Source: Amphiscolops sp. MND2022 (taxonomy: Eukaryota). From it: 64,000 bases of DNA. Below the pieces are notes generated by a model, which was given only the letters and a program-made list of their open reading frames with translations, had not been told where the DNA came from and searched no databases. The DNA is taken from the NCBI GenBank assembly GCA_964187785.1, contig OZ076409.1, forward strand, positions 23,314,001 through 23,378,000, given 5' to 3'. Of this stretch, positions 25,501 to 38,570 are shown in pieces (within the stretch, counting starts at the first letter, position 1; each line of letters starts with the position of its first letter). The translations under genes and the position numbers were made by a program.

Positions 25501-28500
25501 AAGTTCAGATTTTTTTCGTAATTTTCAGTCTGTTTTTCGCTGATATTTTTGAAAGTTCAGATTTTTTGTGGCTTTCAGTCTAATATATTTGAATGTTCAG
25601 ATTTGTTTTCGTGGTTTTCAGTCTGTTTTCCGCTGATATATTTGAAAGGTCAGATTTGTTTTGTGGTTTTCAGTCTGTTTTCCGCTGATATATTTGAAAG
25701 TTCAGATTTTTTTGTGATTTTCAGTTTGTTTTCCGCTGATATATTTGAAAGTTCAGTTTTGTTTTCGTGGTTTTCAGTCTGTTTTCCGCTGATATATTTG
25801 AAAGTTCAGATTTTTTTCGTAATTTTCAGTCTGTTTTCCGCTGATATATTTGAAAGTTCAGCTTTTTTTGTGGTTTTCGGTCTATTATATTTGAAACTTC
25901 AGATTTGTTTTCGTGGTTTTCAGTCTGTTTTCCGCTGATATATTTGAAAGTTCAGATATGTTTTCGTGGTTTTCAGTCTGTTTTCCGCTGATATTTTTGA
26001 AAGTTCAGACTTCTTTCGTAGTTTTCAGTCTGTTTTCCGCTGATATATTTGAAAGTTCAATTTTTTTTCGTGGTTTTCAGTCTGTTTTCCGCTGATATAT
26101 TTGAAAGTTCAGACTTTTTTTGTGATTTTCAGTTTGTTTTCCGCTGATATATTTGAAACTTCAGATTTTTTTTGTAGTTTTCAGTCTGTTTTCTGCTGAT
26201 GAATTTGAAAGTTCAGATTTGTTTTGTGGTTTTCGGTCTAATATATTTGAAAGTTCAGATTTGTTTTCGTGGTTTTCAATCTGTTTCCGCTGATATATTT
26301 GTCAGTTCAGATTTTTTTCGTAGTTTTCAGTCTGTTTTCTCTGATATATTTGAAAGTTCAGATTTTTTTGTGGTTTTCGGTCTATTATATTTGAAACTTC
26401 AGATTTGTTTTCGTGGTTTTCAGTCTGATTTCCGCTGATATATTTGAAAGTTCAGATTTGTTTTCGTGGTTTTCAGTCTGTTTTCCGCTGATATTTTTGA
26501 AAGTTCAGATTTCTTTTGTAGTTTTCAGTCTGTTTTCCGCCGATATATTTGAAAGTTCAGATTTTTTTTGTGGTTTTCAGTCTGTTTTCTGCTGATATAT
26601 TTGAAAGTTCAGACTTTTTTTGTGATTTTCAGTTTGTTTTCCGCTGATTTATTTGAAAGTTCAGATTTGTTTTCGTGGTTTTCAGTCTGTTTTCCGCTGA
26701 TATATTTGAAAGTTCAGATTTTTTTCGTAATTTTCAGTCTGTTTTCCGCTGATATATTTGAAAGTTCAGATTCTTTTGTGGTTTTCGGTCTAATATACTT
26801 GAAAGTTCAGATTTGTTTTCGTGGTTTTCAGTCTAATATATTTGAAAGTTCAGATTCGTTTTCGTGGTTTTCAATCTGTTTCCGCTGATATATTTGACAG
26901 TTCAGATTTTTTTCGTAGTTTTCAGTCTGTTTTCCTTTGATATATTTGAAAGTTGAGCTTTTTTGTGGTTTTTGGTCTATTTTATTTGAAACTTCAGATT
27001 TGTTTTCGTGGTTTTCAGTCTGTTTTCCGCTGATATATTTGAAAGTTCAGATTTGTTTTCGTGGTTTTCAGTCTGTTTTCCGCTGATATTTTTGAAAGTT
27101 CAGATTTCTTTCGTAGTTTTCAGTCTGTTTTCCGCTGATATATTTGAAAGTTCAGGGTTTTTTTCGTGGTTTTCAGTCTGTTTTCCGCTGATATTATTGA
27201 AAGTTCAGACTTTTTTTGTGATTTTCAGTTTGTTTTCCGCTGATATATTTGAAAGTTCAGATTTGTTTTCGTGGTTTTCAGTCTGTTTTCCGCTGATATA
27301 TTTGAAAGTTCAGATTTTTTTCGTACTTTTCAGTCTGTTTTTCGCTGATATATTTGAAAGTTCAGTTTTTTTTGTGGCTTTCGGTCTAATATATTTGAAA
27401 GTTCAGATTTGTTTTCGTGGTTTTCAGTCTGTTTTCCGCTGATATATTTGAAAGTTCAGACTTGTTTTGTGGTTTTCAGTCTGTTTTCCGCTGATATATT
27501 TGAAAGTTCAGACTTTTTTTGTGATTTTCAGTTTGTTTTCCGCTGATATATTTGAAAGTTCAGATTTGTTTTCGTGGTTTTCAGTCTGTTTTCCGCTGAT
27601 ATATTTGAAAGTTCAGATTTTTTTCGTAATTTTCAGTCTGTTTTCCGCTGATATATTTGAAAGTTCAGCTTTTTTTGTGGTTTTCGGTCTATTATATTTG
27701 AAACTTCAGATTTGTTTTCGTGGTTTTCAGTCTGTTTTCCGCTGATATATTTGAAAGTTCAGATTTGTTTTCGTGGTTTTCAGTCTGTTTTCCGCTGATA
27801 TTTTTGAAAGTTCAGATTTCTTTCGTAGTTTTCAGTCTGTTTTCCGCTGATATATTTGAAAGTTCAGATTTTTTTTCGTGGTTTTCAGTCTGTTTTCCGC
27901 TGATATATTTGAAAGTTCAGACTTTTTTGTGATTTTCAGTTTGTTTTCCGCTGATATATTTGAAAGTTCAGATTTGTTTTTGTGGTTTTCAGTCTGTTTT
28001 CCGCTGATATATTTGAAAGTTCAGATATTTTCGTAATTTTCAGTCTGTTTTCCGCTGATATATTTGAAAGTTCAGATTTTTTTGTGGCTTTCGGTCTAAT
28101 ATATTTGAAAGTTCATATTTGTTTTCGTGGTTTTCAGTCTGTTTTCCGCTGATATATTTGAAAGTTCAGATTTGTTTTGTGGCTTTCGGTCTAATACATT
28201 TGAAAGTTCAGATTTGTTTTTGTGATTTTCAATCTGTTTCTGCTGATATATTTGACAGTTCAGATTTTTTTCGTAGTTTTCAGTCTGTTTTCCCCTGATA
28301 TATTTGAAAGTTCAGATTTTTTTTGTGGTTTTCGGTCTATTATATTTGAAACTTCAGATTTGTTTTCGTGGTTTTCAGTCTGTTTTCCGCTGATATTTTT
28401 GAAAGTTCAGATTTTTTTCGTAGTTTTCAGTCTGTTTTCCGCTGATATATTTGAAAGTTCAGATTTTTTTTGTGGTTTTCGGTCTGTTTTCCGCTGATAT

Positions 28501-28869
28501 ATTTGAAAGTTCAGACTTTTTTTGTGATTTTCAGTTTGTTTTCCGCTGATATATTTGAAAGTTCAGATTTGTTTTCGTGGTTTTCAGTCTGTTTTCCGCT
28601 GATATATTTGAAAGTTCAGATTTGTTTTCGTAGTTTTCAGTCTGTTTTCTGCTGATATTTTTGAAAGTTCAGATTTTTTTCGTAGTTTTCAGTCTGTTTT
28701 CCGCTGATATATTTGAAAGTTCAGATTTGTTTCGTGGTTTTCAGTCTGTTTTCCGCTGATATATTTGAAAGTTCAAATTTTTTGTGATTTTCAGTCTGTT
28801 TTCCGCTGATATATTTGAAAGTTCAGATTTTTTGTGGTTTTCAGTCTGTTTTCCGCTGATACATTTGAA

Positions 28870-30260
28870 AGTTTAGATTTTTTTGTGATTTTCAGTCTGT
28901 GTTCCGCTGATATTTTTGAAAGTTCAGGTTTTTTTGTAGTTTTCAGTCTGTTTTCCGCTGATATATTCGAAAGTTCAGATTTTTTTTCGTAGTTTTCAGT
29001 GTGTTTTCCGCTGATACATTTGAAAGTTCAGATTTTTTTTCGTAGTTTTCAGTTTGTGTTCCGCTGCTATATTTGAAAGTTCAGATTTGTTTTCGTGGTC
29101 TTCAGTATGTTTTCCGCTGATATATTTGAAAGTTCAGATTTTTTTTCGTAGTTTTCAGTTTGTTTTCCGCTGATATATTTGAAAATTCAGATTTGTTTTC
29201 GTGGTTTTCAGTCTGTTGTCCGCTGCTATTTTTGAAATTTCAGATTTTTTGTAGTTTTCAGTCTGTTTTCCGCTGATATATTTGAAAGTTCAGATTTTTT
29301 TCGTGGTTTTCAGTCTGTTTTCCGCTGATATATTTGAAAGTTCAGATTTTTTTGTGATTTTCAGACTGTTTTCCGCTGATATATTTGAAAGTTCAGATTT
29401 TTTTTGTGGTTTTTAGTCTGTTTTCCGCTGATATATATGAAAGTTCAGATTTTTTGTGATTTTCAGTCTGTTTTCTGCTGATATACTTGAAAGTTCAGAT
29501 TTTTTTGTAGTTTTCAGTCTGTTTTTTGCTGATATATTTAAAAGTTTAGATTTTTTTGTGATTTTCAGTCTGTGTTCCGCTGATATTTTTGAAAGTTCAG
29601 ATTTTTTTGTAGTTTTCAGTCTGTTTTCCGCTGATATATTCGAAAGTTCAGATTTTTTTTCGTAGTTTTCAGTGTGTTTTCCGCTGATACATTTGAAAGT
29701 TCAGATTTTTTTTCGTAGTTTTCAGTTTGTGTTCCGCTGCTATATTTGAAAGTTCAGATTTGTTTTCGTGGTCTTCAGTATGTTTTCCGCTGATATATTT
29801 GAAAGTTCAGATTTTTTTTCGTAGTTTTCAGTTTGTTTTCCGCTGATATATTTGAAAATTCAGATTTGTTTTCGTGGTTTTCAGTCTGTTGTCCGCTGCT
29901 ATTTTTGAAATTTCAGATTTTTTTGTAGTTTTCAGTCTGTTTTCCGCTGATATATTTGAAAGTTCAGATTTTTTTCGTGGTTTTCAGTCTGTTTTCCGCT
30001 GATATATTTGAAAGTTCAGATTTTTTTGTGATTTTCAGACTGTTTTCCGCTGATATATTTGAAAGTTCAGATTTTTTTTGTGGTTTTTAGTCTGTTTTCC
30101 GCTGATATATATGAAAGTTCAGATTTTTTGTGATTTTCAGTCTGTTTTCTGCTGATATACTTGAAAGTTCAGATTTTTTTGTAGTTTTCAGTCTGTTTTT
30201 TGCTGATATATTTGAAAGTTTAGATTTTTTTGTGATTTTCAGTCTGTGTTCCGCTGATAT
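28870..30260 (+). repeat. Tandem duplication, 673-bp unit (about 13 L monomers, no S)
   Basis: ATATTCGAAA (C at 28968/29641) and GTGGTCTTCAGTATG (29097/29770) at offset 673. Confidence 0.88.
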
Positions 30261-30289
30261 ATTTGAAAGTTCAGATTTTTTTTAGTTTT

Positions 30290-31850
30290 CAGTCTGTTTT
30301 CCGCTGATATATTTGAAAGTGTAGATTTTTTTGTGGTTTTCGGTCTAATATATTTGAAAATTCAGATTTGTTTTCGTGGTTTTCATCTATTTTCCGCTGA
30401 TATATTTGAAAGTTCAGATTTTTTTCGTAGTTTTCAGTCTGTTTTTCGCTGATATAATTGAAAATTCAGATTTGTTTTGTGGTTTTCGGTCTAATATATT
30501 TGAAAATTCAGATTTGTTTTCGTGGTTTTCAGTCTGTTTTCCGCTGATATATTTGAAAGTTTAGATTTTTTTTCTTAATTTTCAGTCTGTTTTCCGCTGA
30601 TATATTGAAAGTTCAGATTTTTTTTGTGGTTTTCGGTCTAATATATTTGAAATTTCAGATTTGTTTTCGTGGTTTTCAGTCTGTTTTCCGCAGATATAAT
30701 TGAAAGTTCAGATTTGGTTCGTAGTTTTCAGTCTGTTTTCCGGTGAAATATTTGAAAGTGCAGATTTGTTTTCGTGGTTTTCAGTCTGTTTTCCGCTGAT
30801 ATTTTTGAAAGTTCAGATTTTTCCGTCGTTTTCAGTCTGTTTTCCGCTGATATTTTTGAAAGTTCAGATTTTTTCGTAGTTTTCAGTCTGTTTTCCGCTG
30901 ATATATTTGAAAGTTCAGTTTTTTGTGATTTTCACTCTGTTTCCCGCTGATATATTTGAAAGTTCAGATTTTTTTGCGGTTTTCGGTCTAATATTTTTGA
31001 AAGTTCAGATTTGTTTTCGTGGTTTTCAGTCTGTTTTCCGCTGATATATTTGAAAGTTCAGATTTGTTTTCGTGGTTTTCAGTCTGTTTTCCGCTGATAT
31101 ATTTGAAAGTGTAGATTTTTTTGTGGTTTTCGGTCTAATATATTTGAAAATTCAGATTTGTTTTCGTGGTTTTCATCTATTTTCCGCTGATATATTTGAA
31201 AGTTCAGATTTTTTTCGTAGTTTTCAGTCTGTTTTTCGCTGATATAATTGAAAATTCAGATTTGTTTTGTGGTTTTCGGTCTAATATATTTGAAAATTCA
31301 GATTTGTTTTCGTGGTTTTCAGTCTGTTTTCCGCTGATATATTTGAAAGTTTAGATTTTTTTTCTTAATTTTCAGTCTGTTTTCCGCTGATATATTGAAA
31401 GTTCAGATTTTTTTTGTGGTTTTCGGTCTAATATATTTGAAATTTCAGATTTGTTTTCGTGGTTTTCAGTCTGTTTTCCGCAGATATAATTGAAAGTTCA
31501 GATTTGGTTCGTAGTTTTCAGTCTGTTTTCCGGTGAAATATTTGAAAGTGCAGATTTGTTTTCGTGGTTTTCAGTCTGTTTTCCGCTGATATTTTTGAAA
31601 GTTCAGATTTTTCCGTCGTTTTCAGTCTGTTTTCCGCTGATATTTTTGAAAGTTCAGATTTTTTCGTAGTTTTCAGTCTGTTTTCCGCTGATATATTTGA
31701 AAGTTCAGTTTTTTTGTGATTTTCACTCTGTTTCCCGCTGATATATTTGAAAGTTCAGATTTTTTTGCGGTTTTCGGTCTAATATTTTTGAAAGTTCAGA
31801 TTTGTTTTCGTGGTTTTCAGTCTGTTTTCCGCTGATATATTTGAAAGTTC
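30290..31850 (+). repeat. Tandem duplication, 790-bp unit
   Basis: Identical ORFs at 30376/31166. Private variants AGTGTAGA, CATCTATTTT, CCGCAGAT and CGGTGAAAT each occur twice. Confidence 0.9.
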
Positions 31851-32079
31851 AGTTTTGTTTTCGTGGTTTTTAGTCTGTTTTCCGATGATAAATTTGAAAG
31901 TTCAGATTTTTTTCGTTGTTTTCAGTCTGTTTTCTGCTGATATATTTGAAAGTTCAGATTTGTTTTCGTGGTTTTCAGTCTGTTTTCCGCTGACATTTTT
32001 GAAAGTACAGATTTCTTTCGTAGTTTTCAGTCTGTTTTCCGCTGATATATTTGAAAGTTCAGATTTTTTTCGTGGTTTT

Positions 32080-33420
32080 CAGTCTGTTTTCCGCTGATAT
32101 ATTTCAAAGTTCAGACTTTTTTGTGATTTTCAGTCTGTTTTCCGCTGATATATTTGAAAGTTCAGAATTTTTTTGTGGTTTTCAGTCTGTTTTCCGCTGA
32201 TATATTTGAAAGTTCAGATTTTTTTTTGTAGTTTTCAGTCTGTTTTCCGCCGATATGTTTGAAAGTTCAGATTTTTTTGTGGTTTTCGGTCTAACATATT
32301 TGAAAGTTCAGATTTGTTTTCGTGGTTTTCAGTCTGTTTTCCGCTGATATATTTGAAAGTTCTGATTTTTTTTCGTAGTTTTCAGTCTGTTTTCCGCTGA
32401 TATAATTGAAAGTTCAGATTTTTTCGTAGTTTTCAGTCTGTTTTCCGCTGATATATTTGAAAGTTCAGATTTTTCTGTGATTTTCAGTCTGTGTTCCGCT
32501 GCCATATTTGAAAGTTCAGATTTGTTTTCGTGGTTTTCAGTCTGTTTTCCGCTGATATTTTTGAAAGTTCAGATTTTTTTCGTAGTTTTCAGTCTGTTTT
32601 CCGCTGATATATTTGAAAATTCAGATTTGTTTTCGTGGTTTTCAGTCTGTTTTCCGCTGATATTTTTGAAAGTTCAGAATTGTTTTCGTGGTTTTCAGTC
32701 TGTTTTCCGCTAATATTTTTGAAAATTCAGTTTTTTTTCGTAGTTTTCAGTCTGTTTTCCGCTGATATATTTCAAAGTTCAGACTTTTTTGTGATTTTCA
32801 GTCTGTTTTCCGCTGATATATTTGAAAGTTCAGAATTTTTTTGTGGTTTTCAGTCTGTTTTCCGCTGATATATTTGAAAGTTCAGATTTTTTTTTGTAGT
32901 TTTCAGTCTGTTTTCCGCCGATATGTTTGAAAGTTCAGATTTTTTTGTGGTTTTCGGTCTAACATATTTGAAAGTTCAGATTTGTTTTCGTGGTTTTCAG
33001 TCTGTTTTCCGCTGATATATTTGAAAGTTCTGATTTTTTTTCGTAGTTTTCAGTCTGTTTTCCGCTGATATAATTGAAAGTTCAGATTTTTTCGTAGTTT
33101 TCAGTCTGTTTTCCGCTGATATATTTGAAAGTTCAGATTTTTCTGTGATTTTCAGTCTGTGTTCCGCTGCCATATTTGAAAGTTCAGATTTGTTTTCGTG
33201 GTTTTCAGTCTGTTTTCCGCTGATATTTTTGAAAGTTCAGATTTTTTTCGTAGTTTTCAGTCTGTTTTCCGCTGATATATTTGAAAATTCAGATTTGTTT
33301 TCGTGGTTTTCAGTCTGTTTTCCGCTGATATTTTTGAAAGTTCAGAATTGTTTTCGTGGTTTTCAGTCTGTTTTCCGCTAATATTTTTGAAAATTCAGTT
33401 TTTTTTCGTAGTTTTCAGTC
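32080..33420 (+). repeat. Tandem duplication, ~668-bp unit
   Basis: Identical ORFs at 32477/33145. ATTTCAAAGT, GGTCTAACAT and GTTCTGATT variants each occur twice. Confidence 0.88.
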
Positions 33421-35619
33421 TGTTTTCCGCTGATATATTTGAAAGTTCAGATTTTTTTCGTGGTTTTCAGTCTGTTTTCCGCTGATATATTTGAAAGTTC
33501 AGATTTTTTTTGTGATTTTCAGTCTGTTTTCCACTGATATATTTGAAAGTTCAGTTTTTTTCGTGGTTTTCAGTCTGTTTTCCGCTGATATATATAAAAG
33601 TTCAGTTTTTTTGTGATTTTCAGTCTGTATTCCGCTGATATATTTGAAAGTTCAGATTTTTTTGTGATTTTCAGTCTGTTTTCCACTGATATATTTGAAA
33701 GTTCAGATTTTTTTTCGTAGTTTTCAGTCTGTTTTCCGCCGATATAATTGAAAGTTCAGATTTTTTTTCGTAGTTTTCAGTCTGTTTTCCGCTGATATAT
33801 TTGAAAGTTCAGATTTTTCTGTGATTTTCAGTCTTTGTTCCGCTGCCATATTTGAAAGTTCAGATTTGTTTTCCTGGTTTTCAGTCTGTTTTCCGCTGAT
33901 ATTTTTGAAAGTTCAGATTTTTTTCGTAGTTTTCAGTCTGTTTTCCGCTGATAAAACTGAAAGTTCAGGTTTGTTTCCGTGGTTTTCAGTCTGTTTTCCG
34001 CTAATATTTTTGAAAATTCAGTTTTTTTTTTCGTAGTTTTCAGTCTGTTTTCCGATGATATATTTGAAAGTTCAGATTTTTTTCGTGGTTTTCAGTCTGT
34101 TTTCCGCTGATATATTTGAAAGTTCAGATTTTTTTTGTGATTTTCAGTCTGTTTTCCACTAATATATTTGAAAGTTCAGTTTTTTTCGTGGTTTTCAGTC
34201 TGTTTTCCGCTGATATATATAAAAGTTCAGTTTTTTTGTGATTTTCAGTCTGTTTTCCGCTGATATATTTGAAAGTTCAGATTTTTTTGTGATTTTCAGT
34301 CTGTTTTCCACTGATATATTTGAAAGTTCAGATTTTTTTTCGTAGTTTTCAGTCTGTTTCCCGCTGATATAATTGAAAGATCAGATTTTTTTCGTAGTTT
34401 TCAGTCTGTTTTCCGCTGATATATTTGGAAGTTCAGATTTTTCTGTGATTTTCAGTCTGTGTTCCGCTGCCATATTTGAAAGTTCAGATTTGTTTTCGTG
34501 GTTTTCAATCTGTTTTCCGCTGATATTTTTGAAAGTTCAGATTTTTTTTGTAGTTTTCAGTCTGTTTTCCGCTGATATATTTGAAAATTCAGATTTGTTT
34601 TCGTGGTTTTCAGTCTGTTTTCCGCTGATATTTTTGAAAGTTCAGAATTGTTTTCGTGGTTTTCAGTCTGTTTTCCGCTGATATTTTTGAAAATTCAGAA
34701 CTTTTTGTAGTTTTCAGTCTGTTTTCCGCTGATATATTTGAAGGTTCAGGTTTGTTTTAGTGGTTTTCAGTCTGTTTTCCGCTAATATTTTTGAAAATTC
34801 AGTTTTTTTCGTAGTTTTCAGTCTGTTTTCCGCTGATATATTTGAAAGTTCAGATTTTTTTCGTGGTTTTCAGTCTGTTTTCCGCTGATATATTTGAAAG
34901 TTCAGATTTTTTGTGATTTTCAGTCTGTTTTCCACTGATATATTTGAAAGTTCAGTTTTTTTCGTGGTTTTCAGTCTGTTTTCCGCTGATATATATAAAA
35001 GTTCAGTTTTTTTTGTGATTTTCAGTCTGTTTTCCGCTGATATATTTGAAAGTTCAGATTTTTTTGTGATTTTCAGTCTGTTTTCCACTGATATATTTGA
35101 AAGTTCAGTTTTTTTCGTGGTTTTCAGTCTGTTTTCCGCTGATATACATAAAAGTTCAGTTTTTTTGTGATTTTCAGTCTGTTTTCCGCTGATATATTTG
35201 AAAGGTCAGATTTTTTTGTGATTTTCAGTCTGTTTTCCACTGATATATTTGAAAGTTCAGCTTTTTTGTGATTTTCAGTCTGTTTTCCACTGATATATTT
35301 GAAAGTTCAGTTTTTTTCGTGGTTTTCAGTCTGTTTTCCGCTGATATATATAAAAGTTCAGTTTTTTTGTGATTTTCAGTCTGTTTTCCGCTGATATATT
35401 TGAAAGTTCAGATTTTTTTGTGATTTTCAGTCTGTTTTCCACTGATATATTTGAAAGTTCAGTTTTTTTCGTGGTTTTCAGTCTGTTTTCCGCTGATATA
35501 CATAAAAGTTCAGTTTTTTTGTGATTTTCAGTCTGTTTTCCGCTGATATATTTGAAAGGTCAGATTTTTTTGTGATTTTCAGTCTGTTTTCCACTGATAT
35601 ATTTGAAAGTTCAGCTTTT

Positions 35620-38570
35620 TTCGTGGTTTTCAGTCTGTTTTCCGCTGATATATATAAAAGTTCAGTTTTTTGTGATTTTCAGTCTGTTTTCCGCTGATAT
35701 TTTTGAAAATTCAGTTTTTTTTTTGTAGTTTTTAGTCTGTTTTCTGCTGATTTATTTGAAAGTTCAGATTTTTTCGTGGTTTTCAGTCTGTTTTCTGCTG
35801 ATATATTTGAAATTTCAGATTTTTTTTGTAGTTTTTAGTCTGTTTTCCGCTGATATATTTGAAAGTTCAGATTTTTTTGCGATTTTCAGTGTGTGTTCCG
35901 CTGATATATTTGAAAGTTCAGATTTTTTCTGTAGTTTTCAGTCTGTTTTCCGCCGATATGTTTGAAGGTTCAGATTTTTTTGTGGTTTTCGGTCTAATAT
36001 ATTTGAAAGTTCAGATTTGTTTTCGTGGTTTTCAGTCTGCTTTCCGCTGATATATTTGAAAGTTCAGATTTTTTTTCGTAGTTTTCAGTATGTTTTCCGC
36101 TGATATATTTGAAAGTTCAGATTTTTTTCGTGGTTTTCAGTCTGTTTTCCGCTGATATATTTGAAAGTTCAGATTTTTTTGTGATTTTCAGTCTGTTTTC
36201 CACTGATATACTTGAAAGTTCAGTTTTTTTCGTGGTTTTCAGTCTGTTTTCCGCTGATATATATAAAAGTTCAGTTTTTTTGTGATTTTCAGTCTGTTTT
36301 CCGCTGATATATTTGAAAGTTCAGATTTTTTGTGATTTTCAGTCTGTTTTCCACTGATATATTTGAAAGTTCAGTTTTTTTCGTGGTTTTCAGTCTGTTT
36401 TCCGCTGATATACATAAAAGTTCAGTTTTTTTGTGATTTTCAGTCTGTTTTCCGCTGATATATTTGAAAGGTCAGATTTTTTTGTGATTTTCAGTCTGTT
36501 TTCTACTGATATATTTGAACGTTCAGCTTTTTTCGTGGTTTTCAGTCTGTTTTCCGCTGATATATATAAAAGTTCAGTTTTTTCGTGATTTTCAGTCTGT
36601 TTTCCGCTGATATTTTTGAAAATTCAGTTTTTTTTGTAGTTTTCAGTCTGTTTTCTGCTGATATATTTGAAAGTTCAGATTTGTTTTGTGGTTTTCAGTC
36701 TGTTTTCTGCTGATATATTTGAAATTTCAGATTTTTTTTGTAGTTTTCAGTCTGTTTTCCGCTGATATATTTGAAAGTTCAGATTTTTTTCGTGGTTTTC
36801 AGTCTGTTTTCCGCTGATATATTTGAAAGTTCAGATTTTTTTGTGATTTTCAGTCTGTTTTCCACTGATATACTTGAAAGTTCAGTTTTTTTCGTGGTTT
36901 TCAGTCTGTTTTCCGCTGATATATATAAAAGTTCAGTTTTTTTGTGATTTTCAGTCTGTTTTCCGCTGATATATTTGAAAGGTCAGATTTTTTTGTGATT
37001 TTCAGTCTGTTTTCCACTGATATATTTGAAAGTTCAGCTTTTTTCGTGGTTTTCAGTCTGTTTTCCGCTGATATATATAAAAGTTCAGTTTTTTCGTGAT
37101 TTTCAGTCTGTTTTCCGCTGATATTTTTGAAAATTCAGTTTTTTTTGTAGTTTTCAGTCTGTTTTCTGCTGATATATTTGAAAGTTCAGATTTGTTTTGT
37201 GGTTTTCAGTCTGTTTTCTGCTGATATATTTGAAATTTCAGATTTTTTTTGTAGTTTTCAGTCTGTTTTCCGCTGATATATTTGAAAGTTCAGATTTTTT
37301 TCGTGGTTTTCAGTCTGTTTTCCGCTGATATATTTGAAAGTTCAGATTTTTTTGTGATTTTCAGTCTGTTTTCCACTGATATACTTGAAAGTTCAGTTTT
37401 TTTCGTGGTTTTCAGTCTGTTTTCCGCTGATATATATAAAAGTTCAGTTTTTTTGTGATTTTCAGTCTGTTTTCCGCTGATATTTTTGAAAATTCAGTTT
37501 TTTTTGTAGTTTTTAGTCTGTTTTCTGCTGATTTATTTGAAAGTTCAGATTTTTTCGTGGTTTTCAGTCTGTTTTCTGCTGATATATTTGAAATTTCAGA
37601 TTTTTTTTGTAGTTTTTAGTCTGTTTTCCGCTGATATATTTGAAAGTTCAGATTTTTTTGCGATTTTCAGTGTGTGTTCCGCTGATATATTTGAAAGTTC
37701 AGATTTTTTCTGTAGTTTTCAGTCTGTTTTCCGCCGATATGTTTGAAGGTTCAGATTTTTTTGTGGTTTTCGGTCTAATATATTTGAAAGTTCAGATTTG
37801 TTTTCGTGGTTTTCAGTCTGCTTTCCGCTGATATATTTGAAAGTTCAGATTTTTTTTCGTAGTTTTCAGTCTGTTTTCCGCTGATATATTTGAAAGTTCA
37901 GATTTTTTTCGTGGTTTTCAGTCTGTTTTCCGCTGATATATTTGAAAGTTCAGATTTTTTTGTGATTTTCAGTCTGTTTTCCACTGATATACTTGAAAGT
38001 TCAGTTTTTTTCGTGGTTTTCAGTCTGTTTTCCGCTGATATATATAAAAGTTCAGTTTTTTTGTGATTTTCAGTCTGTTTTCCGCTGATATATTTGAAAG
38101 TTCAGATTTTTTGTGATTTTCAGTCTGTTTTTCACTGATATATTTGAAAGTTCAGTTTTTTTCGTGGTTTTCAGTCTGTTTTCCGCTGATATACATAAAA
38201 GTTCAGTTTTTTTGTGATTTTCAGTCTGTTTTCCGCTGATATATTTGAAAGGTCAGATTGTTTTGTGATTTTCAGTCTGTTTTCCACTGATATATTTGAA
38301 AGTTCAGCTTTTTTCGTGGTTTTCAGTCTGTTTTCCGCTGATATATATAAAAGTTCAGTTTTTTCGTGATTTTCAGTCTGTTTTCCGCTGATATTTTTGA
38401 AAATTCAGTTTTTTTTGTAGTTTTCAGTCTGTTTTCTGCTGATATGTTTGAAAGTTCAGATTTGTTTTGTGGTTTTCAGTCTGTTTTCTGCTGATATATT
38501 TGAAATTTCAGATTTTTTTTGTAGTTTTCAGTCTGTTTTCCGCTGATATATTTGAAAGTTCAGATTTTTT
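35620..38570 (+). repeat. Duplication at 1781-bp offset within the CCACT/TATAAAAG domain
   Basis: Identical ORFs at 35756/37537 and 35859/37640. TACATAAAAG at 36411 and 38192. Confidence 0.8.

Noticed and set aside
34870..35088. Sole minus-strand ORF (72 aa, K-rich)
   Set aside because: Chance run of 51-bp monomers keeping a stop-free frame; purely repeat-derived.
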